Notes under the pieces: model-generated
The model's database searches: none
Seen by the model: the letters and a program-made list of their open reading frames with translations, nothing else
What the model was told of the DNA's origin: nothing
In this document: positions 5,224-12,617 of the stretch, piece after piece
Layout: each line of letters begins with the position of its first letter
Numbering within the stretch: the first letter of the stretch is position 1
Position numbers and translations under genes: made by a program
DNA from: Verrucomicrobiota bacterium
Lineage (GTDB): Bacteria > Verrucomicrobiota > Verrucomicrobiia > Limisphaerales > Palsa-1400
Direction of reading: 5' to 3'
Assembly: GCA_049510745.1 (NCBI GenBank)
Contig: JBEKYR010000073.1
Location: 1 to 12,617 of the forward strand
Length of the DNA: 12,617 bases

Positions 5224-5283
5224 CGTATAGCACATGCCACTGGTTACATGCAAGAATTAATTTGAAAATTTTACAAATATTTT
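5224..5283 (-). promoter_or_regulatory. Candidate sigma70-type promoter with AT-rich UP element
   Basis: TTGCAT (5253-5248), 18 nt, then TATACG (5229-5224) preceded by TG-C; AT-rich tract 5254-5283; the -10 is imperfect. Confidence 0.45.
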
Positions 5284-5370
5284 GCGGGCGGGGCAGGTCC
5301 AACTGGAATTCACATATTCGGATTGGTTGATGCGAACGTCATTTATCCCAAGGTTTGGGAGGAAAGCAAC

Positions 5371-5973
5371 TCAGGCGACCGACTCCTTCCAGCGAGACCG
5401 CTGGGAAGGAGGCAAGTAGCCGAACAGGAGATCCATGCTTTCTTGGAAGGTGGTCTCAGGTTCGGCTTGCTGGCAATAGCGGTGGTACACTTCGCAGGCA
5501 TGGCGGCGCAGTTGTTCAACGGGCGCGGCACTCAAGCCGGCGTGGGCGAAGGTGCCGATGAGCATATCCAACAAAGGAACGAACTCGGCGTCGTCGAGGG
5601 GCTTTTGATCGTTGTAGCTGAACCAGTGATCGAGTTGGATTTTCCCGAACCGCAGCAAGGTGGTTTCCGTGTCTGTGGCCGAGTGGTTCTCGGTTTTGGG
5701 CGGAGGAGGGTGGATGATGGCAGTCTCCGTGGCACCGTGCAAAGGCGGCAGTTCTTCGGCGGGAAGGCGTAGCGTGATGCTTCGCGCCTGGCCCGGCACG
5801 CGAGAAATCAGCCCGCGTCGCTCCAGGGTCAAAATCATTTGATGCACGCTCGGAGGTGTGACCTGGAAGAATTGCATCATCTCCGCCTCCGCCGGCGGAC
5901 GCCCGTGCAGAGTGATGTAGTGGTTTATGTAGGCCAGGAACTGGCCTTGCCGCGAGGTATAGGGCGGTTTCAT
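5371..5973 (-). CDS. LexA-type winged-helix DNA-binding protein with unrelated C-terminal domain
   Basis: YTSRQGQFLAYINHY..GRPPAEAEM..F.VTPPSVHQMILTLERRGLISR.PGQARSI resembles the LexA N-terminal domain; no S24 peptidase domain is evident. Confidence 0.8.
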   Translation of the reverse strand: MKPPYTSRQGQFLAYINHYITLHGRPPAEAEMMQFFQVTPPSVHQMILTLERRGLISRVPGQARSITLRLPAEELPPLHGATETAIIHPPPPKTENHSATDTETTLLRFGKIQLDHWFSYNDQKPLDDAEFVPLLDMLIGTFAHAGLSAAPVEQLRRHACEVYHRYCQQAEPETTFQESMDLLFGYLPPSQRSRWKESVA

Positions 5974-6755
5974 AGAATGTGCGTCCGCTTCTGCGACCGC
6001 GTGTTCTTCCGCAACTGTTGCAAACGTTCCAGATTGTTGGCAGGCAGGTCGTAAGCAGCAGGGGCAAGCTGGACTGCTTTCTCCAAGACCTTCTGTGCCT
6101 TGTCGAACCGGCCCAATTCTGCCAGTCCCCAGCCATAGTCATTGAGCACCGAGCAGTTGTTGGGGTCATTGGCGACGGCCCTTTCCAGCCACGGCAAGGC
6201 TTCCTGTTTTTTCCCGGCGCGGCACAAAGCCCAACCCAGGCCAATAATAAACTCCTGCTCGCCCGGGCTGGCTGCCAAGGCGGCCTCATACAGGCGGCAG
6301 GTGTTGGCGGCATCGCCCGCGTCCATCAATGACTGGCCAGCTTTGTCGATAATTTTAATCCAATCCGTGGTCTTTGGTGAAAGCTGCGTCAATTGGAGCA
6401 GCAACCTCATGCCTTCCGCCTTGCTGCCGTAGCGATGTTCATAACAGCCAACTGTCAGCAAGGCAGGAGCATATTCCGGGTCAATGGCCAAGGCGGCAAA
6501 TCCTGGGGGCCACTCGGGCGCAGGCAATCGCTCGCCCTGAAGGCTGGCCACCGCTGCCCCAAACAGGCTGTCACTTATGCTTACATCATAAGCCCACTCC
6601 GCCGCCGCCCGGCGCTTCGAGGCGGGTTTTCGCGCGTAGTCGGCTCGGAGGGCTGAAAGTTCCGGGTCGCGGGCCAGCAGTTCGGCGAAGCATTGCATCG
6701 TGAGGATGGCTGGCTTGGTTCTGGCGGTTTTTTTGGCCATGCTTGGGCTCCTCAT
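5970..6755 (-). CDS. Tetratricopeptide repeat protein
   Basis: TPR-like helices (LGWALCRAGKKQEALPWLERAVANDP; YGWGLAELGRFDKAQKVLEKAVQLAP); 4-nt overlaps with neighbours. Confidence 0.85.
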   Translation of the reverse strand: MRSPSMAKKTARTKPAILTMQCFAELLARDPELSALRADYARKPASKRRAAAEWAYDVSISDSLFGAAVASLQGERLPAPEWPPGFAALAIDPEYAPALLTVGCYEHRYGSKAEGMRLLLQLTQLSPKTTDWIKIIDKAGQSLMDAGDAANTCRLYEAALAASPGEQEFIIGLGWALCRAGKKQEALPWLERAVANDPNNCSVLNDYGWGLAELGRFDKAQKVLEKAVQLAPAAYDLPANNLERLQQLRKNTRSQKRTHIL

Positions 6756-7303
6756 TGGCGGCTTTCATGCATTTCTTCCAGCTTGTCCACGAAGCGGGCC
6801 ATCTCTTCAATTTTCATGAGGCTGAAACCGTTAAGCCCGTTACCGTGGCGGGAATCATAATGCTGGCAATAATCCGCCGCCAGTTTGTAGCCGTGTGCGG
6901 GTGAGTCAGAATGCCAGAGATAGATGGCTAGCGCCTGCTCCACGAGCATCAGGTTCCAGTCATGGATGATGCGCACCGGGCCCCATTGCTGGTACTTGTA
7001 TTCATTTTGGAATTTCCGAAGCCGATCATGCAACACCTTTGCCAATTTACGGTCCATTTTGGGGGCGTACGGGTTCACGCCGGCCAGCAGTGCCCGGGCC
7101 TGGCGCAAAAGCTCAGCCGCTTCAACCCCGGTTTTGCCCTTGCCCGAGATGGCCCGACTCGCCACCCAGATGGCGAACGAAGGCTGCCGCCCTGCCAGCC
7201 CAAACCACTTCTTCAGGACTGTCAACCGGGTAAGATTTGCATTGCCGCGCGACCCGATCTCGGCAGAGATTTTCAGGAGTTTTTCGGAAATGTCGGTGCG
7301 CAC
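6752..7303 (-). CDS. Hypothetical protein (about 183 aa)
   Basis: Likely GTG start at 7303 (VRTDISEKLL..), just after the upstream stop; the longer 7507 start overlaps the upstream gene. Confidence 0.7.
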   Translation of the reverse strand: MRTDISEKLLKISAEIGSRGNANLTRLTVLKKWFGLAGRQPSFAIWVASRAISGKGKTGVEAAELLRQARALLAGVNPYAPKMDRKLAKVLHDRLRKFQNEYKYQQWGPVRIIHDWNLMLVEQALAIYLWHSDSPAHGYKLAADYCQHYDSRHGNGLNGFSLMKIEEMARFVDKLEEMHESRQ

Positions 7304-7322
7304 AGCCAAATGTCCCTGTTCC

Positions 7323-7847
7323 TCAGGTTCCGGGCGTGGCGTCTGGCGGCAGCAGGCCCATCTGTTTGGCCAGTCCCAGCGAGACCACGAATCCATTCGA
7401 CAACTGCACATCCGTGAATGTGTCCACAAAAGCGCGTCGGCATAGGCCAGGTTCAGAGTGCTGGTGCAAGCGCAGCGTTCGTTCGATCTCGGTGGCTTTG
7501 CCCCCAACCGTTGTCTTTTTCACCTGGAAAAAATCGCAAATCGTGTCGAAAGTCAGATGCGCCGGCTGGCTTGGGTCAAAGAGGAAATTCATCCGTGCGA
7601 TAACGTGCGTCACGGAGGCTGCCCAGACGGTCGGGTTGCCCCGGCGGCAATCCAGACGTTTTGACCGGCAGACACGCTTCCAGAGATCGAGTGCGAAGCC
7701 CGTCAACTCCGGATCCAAATGTGCCGCGCCGAAACTCGTGATGCTGGCTGACACTTCGCAAAAGCGCTCCTGTTTTTCCTCTGCCACCCCAGCACTGTGT
7801 TTTGATTCCGCACCGATGCGGGACGAGTCGTTTTGGATTTCATTCAT
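7323..7847 (-). CDS. DUF6398-like protein
   Basis: WAASVTHVIARMNFLFDPSQPAHLTFDTICDFFQVKKTTVGGKATEI motif recognised from memory; ATG 7847 avoids overlap. Confidence 0.7.
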   Translation of the reverse strand: MNEIQNDSSRIGAESKHSAGVAEEKQERFCEVSASITSFGAAHLDPELTGFALDLWKRVCRSKRLDCRRGNPTVWAASVTHVIARMNFLFDPSQPAHLTFDTICDFFQVKKTTVGGKATEIERTLRLHQHSEPGLCRRAFVDTFTDVQLSNGFVVSLGLAKQMGLLPPDATPGT

Positions 7848-7912
7848 GAGATTGATCCTACCAGTCTGCCGGGCGGGTTCAAGCCAGTGATGCCAATTCA
7901 GCCATCTATTGT

Positions 7913-8521
7913 TTAATTGCGGGCGATTTCCTCCGCGAGCGGACGCATCCAAGCGGACAATTTGGGAGCGAGCAACGCCAAATCCTTCTTGGTCTTCGGA
8001 TCCAGATCCCGTTTCAGCCGTGCCACATGTTGTGACATCTCTGGGCTGCCGTGCAGATGGCGCAATGCCTGAATCACCAGGCCCGCCCGTCGGCCCGCTC
8101 CGATCAGATTCCGCGGCGCGGCTCGCCGAAAGTCCAGTATCAACTTCCCCAGCGATATTCGGCGAGGCACACCGTCTGTCAAAATGACGATTTTGGCCGG
8201 AACTTGCTCAGATAACCCGAGCGCATTTGCCGCGTAGGCCCCGGAGAACTGCCATTGCGCGTGGCTGCCGTTCATCAATGCACGCACCGTGGCCATGATG
8301 TCCGGTGCCGTCTGGCCGATGATCGGGTGTTGACGAGGCAAATCGTAAAGGCCCCGCCGAATCCGGCGAATCCTGCCGGCTTTGGCCAGCCGATGCAAGG
8401 CCACCCCCACCGCCGAACGGGCTCCCAAATCCAGGAAATCGCCCGGCGAAAACACGCTGCCTTGCCGGCTTCTGCGAATTCGGCTCAAAACCCTCTTATC
8501 CATGGTTTGCATCGTTTTCAT
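7913..8521 (-). CDS. DUF6088 family / AbiEi-like type IV antitoxin
   Basis: VFSPGDFLDLGARSAVGVALHRL..G.IRRIRRGLY and SGAYAANALGLSEQVPAKIVILTDG motifs. Confidence 0.85.
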   Translation of the reverse strand: MKTMQTMDKRVLSRIRRSRQGSVFSPGDFLDLGARSAVGVALHRLAKAGRIRRIRRGLYDLPRQHPIIGQTAPDIMATVRALMNGSHAQWQFSGAYAANALGLSEQVPAKIVILTDGVPRRISLGKLILDFRRAAPRNLIGAGRRAGLVIQALRHLHGSPEMSQHVARLKRDLDPKTKKDLALLAPKLSAWMRPLAEEIARN

Positions 8522-8763
8522 AAGCGTCTTTGTAACAAAAACTAGCTAGTTTTTATTACAATAACAAGTCAATTTCACCTCGCATCAGATGTAGTGCCTG
8601 AACGGCAGCGGCGCTTTCGGCACGGCCGGGCCACTGATGAAAACTTCGCCTGCGGCATCAGCGAATTTGAGCGTCACTGGTACTCCGTCGGCAGAATAGA
8701 TCAAAATTGGGGCGCATCGTGTGGAATCGATTACGACTCCTGAGATGGTCCGTCTTTATCGCC

Positions 8764-9210
8764 TCATGCACCGCAACACTTTTTGAATTTCTTACCGCTG
8801 CCGCACGGGCAGGGATCGTTGCGTCCGACTTTGGGTTCGGAACGACGCACGGGCATCGCTGGCGCAGGGAGGGAGGTCGTCGGAAAAAAAGGCGCCTGTG
8901 GGGCCGGTCGCTGCCGGGCCAGAAGTTGAAGATTGTATAACGCCATGAACTCGTCCAGGGCATGCCGGTCGCCGAGATCAACGCCTGCTTTCAGGGCTGC
9001 CATCGCGAAAGTTTTGGCTGGTCCCCAATGGCGTTCATCCTGCGAGGCGGCAATGACTTCCGTATCCAATTCGGCCGCGGTCTTAGCCAGAGCGCGGGCA
9101 TTGCTCAACAAGCCCTTCTCCTCCAGGAAGATGAAGAACGCCGACAGCACCGGGGCCACCGCCTGGAAAAAGGCGAGTTCGGCTGACATTTTTCCGGGCA
9201 GAGTGCTCAC
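8764..9210 (-). pseudogene. SEC-C motif protein, probably 5'-truncated
   Basis: C-terminal [22 protein letters not shown]; coding-like only from about LPGKMSAEL; upstream sequence is not protein-like. Confidence 0.6.
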
Positions 9211-9311
9211 AATTGTCGGCAGTCGGCAGCGGCAGTCGCCCGGTGCCCTGTGCCAGCCCACAAGTTCGGCACTTGCTCCTTCCGGGAGCCTGGATTATTC
9301 ACGGTGAGACA

Positions 9312-9695
9312 ATGAAAACTGCCCCACCACGGGTTTTGTTGAAGACGAGCACCGACGAATTGTTTCTGCCGTCCCGAATCGTTTATCACATGTGGGACGA
9401 AAAGGAACTGGTGACCAGGCTGCGTCAATTGCGATGCATGGCGTTCGACCGGCCAAGGGGACGCTGGACCTGGAACTTCGAGCACGAAGCCAAGGCGATG
9501 GGCTTCCCGGCGATTTACGAATCCGGGCCGGCGGCACAGCAAGGGGTGATGCCTCAAGACCGGTTCAACCTTTTCCATCACCGCGTGTCCGGCGAGTCGG
9601 GCGTATCGGTGCGTGCGGCGACCATGCCCGCTAGCCTCGATAGTGCTCTTACCTGCCGGGCACCCAGCAATCCGGCGGCGGAAGAGCTGGATTGA
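9312..9695 (+). pseudogene. Hypothetical protein fragment (N-terminal part)
   Basis: MKTAPPRVLLKTSTDELFLPSRIVYH..WTWNFEHEAK looks protein-like for about 75 aa, then degenerates and runs into the convergent protease gene. Confidence 0.45.
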
Positions 9696-12617
9696 TATGG
9701 TACCCGTTGGTCTGCCATATCAGGTTTGCGTTCGTATAGTAGGCTGCCGGGACTGGACAGGGGGGGATTGGCCAGGGCCCGGTGGTTACATAAGCGTTTG
9801 AGTAAGCGAGGTACTCGCTCGTCGAGATGGTGTAGTCCGCATTGAGGTCTGCCGGATGGGGTGTGGCGTTCGTGGCGGAAAAGCCCAGAGCGCGATAGTA
9901 GCACAGCGGTAGGCCAATGGCCTTGGTATCTGTCAGGGTTATAACATTGGAGGAGGGGGTGATGGAGAAGATGGCACGCCAGGAGGCGAGGTTTGTGGAG
10001 CATTGAACCCAATAGGTGCTACCTTGGACGCAGTCGAGGACGAGTTGGACAGCCCCGTTTGCTAGGTGTTGGGGCGCGCGGAAGCATGCGGTAGGTGGTG
10101 TGTCGTTGTCGGTTATGGTGACTGTTGTTGTTGTCGGACTTCCCAAGGCGGCACCGCTCGCGCCGCTCAAGCTCACCGTGAAGTACTCGTTCCCTGAGTA
10201 ACTGCCCTTGTCGATGATCAGCACGTCCACGTACTTGTCCGCCGCGTCCCCATCCACCCAACTCAGCGTCCCGGATACAGCGGTGTAGTCCGAGCCGGCG
10301 CCAGCGCTCCCATCGGCCGTGGCATAATTGACACCAGCAGCACCATACGACCCACCGGTGCGATTGACGTAAATCCGAATGCTCCCCCCGTTCTCGTTTA
10401 CGGAGTAGGCGGAAGATGCGAATTGCAAGTTACCCCGTGAGGGGGGGGTATCGTTATCAATAATCGTCACCGTCGTTGTTATCGGACTGCCCAGCGAGGC
10501 GCCACTTGCCCCGCTCAAGTTGAGCGTGAAGTACTCGTTCCCCGAGTAACTGCCCTCGTCAATAATCGGCACGTCGGCGTACTTGTCCGTCGCATCCCCA
10601 TCCGCCCAACTCAGCGTCCCGGATACTGCGGTGTAGTCCGAGCCGGCTCCGGCGCTCCCATCGGCCGTGGCATAGCTGACACCAGCAGCACCGTAGGAGC
10701 CACCCGTGCGGCTGACGTGAATCCGAATACTGCCCCCGTTCTCGTTCACGGAGTAGGTGGAGGAGGCGAATTGCAAGTTGCCGGGCGAAAAGAAGGCTTG
10801 CAGGAATTCGTCCCAGTGCGTCGCCGCCGTGAAAGCCAGGTTCGCGGGTGTCGCGCTTTGGTTAATGTAATTATTGTAGGTGTTATAGGTGTTGAAACAG
10901 TTAGCGTCCTGCGGTGATCGCGGAAAGAAGATGCTCAGTCCGTAAGTGCCTTTGTCGAACCAGAATCCGTTATTCTGGGTGGCGCCTGAGTCGTTGGCGT
11001 GTTGTTCCGACACTAGGAATGGGCCGCCAGCGTTCCCAATGGCGGCAATAACGGAATTGGCAGCGGTTTGGACTCCTGTGACCGGCACAACCGCCACAAG
11101 TTCCTGGCAAAGGTCTCGCACATCCAAAAACATATTGCCTGGGTCCATAGTCCAACTCTCATCGTGGCAGAAAGCAAACTTCTGAGCATGATTCTGCGCG
11201 GTGGCTATATTGGCGCGATAAACCGCCGTGTTTTGGATGAGTGCCGAAGCCAATGTGTCTACCGCACTGGAAATCGTCGCCGCCTGTCCGGGGCGGGTGA
11301 CGGCGATCGTGCGTCCACCGGAGATTGCGGTAAAGTAGGTATTGGCGATGGCTTGGGCCAAAGCCTGAGAGGTTGTCGCAGGCGTTATGGAGGCAACGTA
11401 GGTCTCCCACGAGGGGTCGATGGCCCAACCTTCATTCTCTGAAGCGACCAAGTAGTCGACTGAGTTGCGAAGCTCGTAGTTTACTTCAATCATCTGCATT
11501 AAGCATGCATCCAAATGAAGCACCTCAAGATTGCGCCCCAGTAATGTCTTCACATGGGCTGCAGCGTTGCCGAGGTCGGCAACAGAAAGGTAGTCTCCGG
11601 TATCATCCCAGCAGATCCCAGTGGGCACCGGTGGCAAGTTTGTTTCGCCGACAACCGTTGGGGAAATTCCACCTCCATGGTCGAAGATGACTAATGCGTA
11701 GTGATCACCGCTTATTCCGGATCGAGAGATAACAAAGTCGGTAAAAGTGTTGATTGTGTTAATCGACCCGGTGTCGAACTCAGAACCACTCAGCCCGATT
11801 TGTGCTGGCGTCCAACGGTCAACCCCATCGGTGTAGTCATCCATGTTGCCATCCTGCCTAATTCTGAACACACGGTCCAGCCCAGCGCCCGATCTATCCA
11901 CCAACATAAAAGCTTGGATGTTGTCGTTCAGGTTGGCAGCCACGGTGCTGAACTTGGCCGGTATGTACTGGTCTAGGTCGGCCCCGCCGCCGGACCCGTT
12001 ACACATGTAGTACATTACGACCCACGTAGGCGTCTTTAGGGCAGTAAACTGGTTGAGTTGAGTGAGACTGTCCCATGGCGAACCGCTGCCAATGGTCTGC
12101 CAAAGGCCCCAGGCAACGTCGTAGGACCCCAGTGATCCAGAAGGGACATTATAGTAACGCGTCTGCGTTGAGTATCCCGACGGGACCGTCTTGTACACGT
12201 CGTTAGCGGGGTCGCTCAGCCATGTGGAAGTGCCGTTCTGTCTAATTGAACATCCTAGGCCGATAGATATGCTCGATGAATTAGGGTTGTAAATTTGAAA
12301 ATACACCGTGAGCTGCCCCCCTGCGGTGATCGTCGCTGGTGAGACATAGCAGTTGGCAGCGACGAGGGTTGGCGTTCCCGGCACAACCGTGATGGTCTTG
12401 GTGTAGGTGTTGTCCGATTCATTACTCTCGCTGATCGCGCCCGTTGAATCGGTGATTATTTCCAACGTATGCGTGCCCGCACTGAGTGAACCGACGGAAT
12501 AGCCGGTCACCGTCGTGTAGTAATTCGCGTTCAACGGCGGATCCGTATACCAGGAATTATTCAACACCCCATCGACGTACAACGCGGTGTAGAACCGTGC
12601 CGCCGTGGCCGCCGTGC
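9649..12617 (-). CDS. Extracellular clostripain-family (C11) cysteine peptidase with Ig/CARDB-like region and two Calx-beta domains; 5' end outside the window
   Basis: WVVMYYM, YALVIFDHGGG (catalytic His), LHLDACLMQMIEV (catalytic Cys), YLVASE, GLSIFFP; ESNESDN CARDB-like motif; the frame is open to the window edge. Confidence 0.9.
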   Translation of the reverse strand, partial: TAATAARFYTALYVDGVLNNSWYTDPPLNANYYTTVTGYSVGSLSAGTHTLEIITDSTGAISESNESDNTYTKTITVVPGTPTLVAANCYVSPATITAGGQLTVYFQIYNPNSSSISIGLGCSIRQNGTSTWLSDPANDVYKTVPSGYSTQTRYYNVPSGSLGSYDVAWGLWQTIGSGSPWDSLTQLNQFTALKTPTWVVMYYMCNGSGGGADLDQYIPAKFSTVAANLNDNIQAFMLVDRSGAGLDRVFRIRQDGNMDDYTDGVDRWTPAQIGLSGSEFDTGSINTINTFTDFVISRSGISGDHYALVIFDHGGGISPTVVGETNLPPVPTGICWDDTGDYLSVADLGNAAAHVKTLLGRNLEVLHLDACLMQMIEVNYELRNSVDYLVASENEGWAIDPSWETYVASITPATTSQALAQAIANTYFTAISGGRTIAVTRPGQAATISSAVDTLASALIQNTAVYRANIATAQNHAQKFAFCHDESWTMDPGNMFLDVRDLCQELVAVVPVTGVQTAANSVIAAIGNAGGPFLVSEQHANDSGATQNNGFWFDKGTYGLSIFFPRSPQDANCFNTYNTYNNYINQSATPANLAFTAATHWDEFLQAFFSPGNLQFASSTYSVNENGGSIRIHVSRTGGSYGAAGVSYATADGSAGAGSDYTAVSGTLSWADGDATDKYADVPIIDEGSYSGNEYFTLNLSGASGASLGSPITTTVTIIDNDTPPSRGNLQFASSAYSVNENGGSIRIYVNRTGGSYGAAGVNYATADGSAGAGSDYTAVSGTLSWVDGDAADKYVDVLIIDKGSYSGNEYFTVSLSGASGAALGSPTTTTVTITDNDTPPTACFRAPQHLANGAVQLVLDCVQGSTYWVQCSTNLASWRAIFSITPSSNVITLTDTKAIGLPLCYYRALGFSATNATPHPADLNADYTISTSEYLAYSNAYVTTGPWPIPPCPVPAAYYTNANLIWQTNGYHINPALPPPDCWVPGR
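10090..10782 (-). repeat. Tandem intragenic duplication of a Calx-beta domain (348-nt period)
   Basis: GNLQFASS.YSVNENGGSIRI...DNDTPP occurs twice (starting at 10782 and 10434) with high nucleotide similarity. Confidence 0.9.

Noticed and set aside
5212..5253. Longer 70-aa version of the leader ORF (start 5253)
   Set aside because: Its start lies within the candidate -35 element, so ATG 5211 is preferred.

Overview
Nearly all features are on the minus strand; the organism looks Verrucomicrobia-like (an inference from protein style). The left 5.3 kb reads as one RNA-stress operon. In transcription order it has a candidate promoter, a 56-codon leader ORF (all 20 amino acids, 43 distinct codons) whose last codons are an antiterminator for an intrinsic terminator, and a structured leader. 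It then has 16 CCA-encoding tRNA genes that all carry G at T-loop position 55 and lack D-loop G18G19, and six Y RNA genes interspersed with a tRNA-like gene with a UUA (stop-reading) anticodon. A small SEC-C ORF with an in-frame TAG and a probable +1 shift at TTT-TAA lies before the last Y RNA, followed by Ro60/TROVE (rsr) and the start of a metallophosphoesterase. The right part holds accessory genes (LexA-type HTH, TPR, hypothetical, DUF6398-like, DUF6088/AbiEi-like), two back-to-back gene remnants and a 5'-truncated clostripain-family protease with two Calx-beta repeats. All calls were made by eye; no searches were run.
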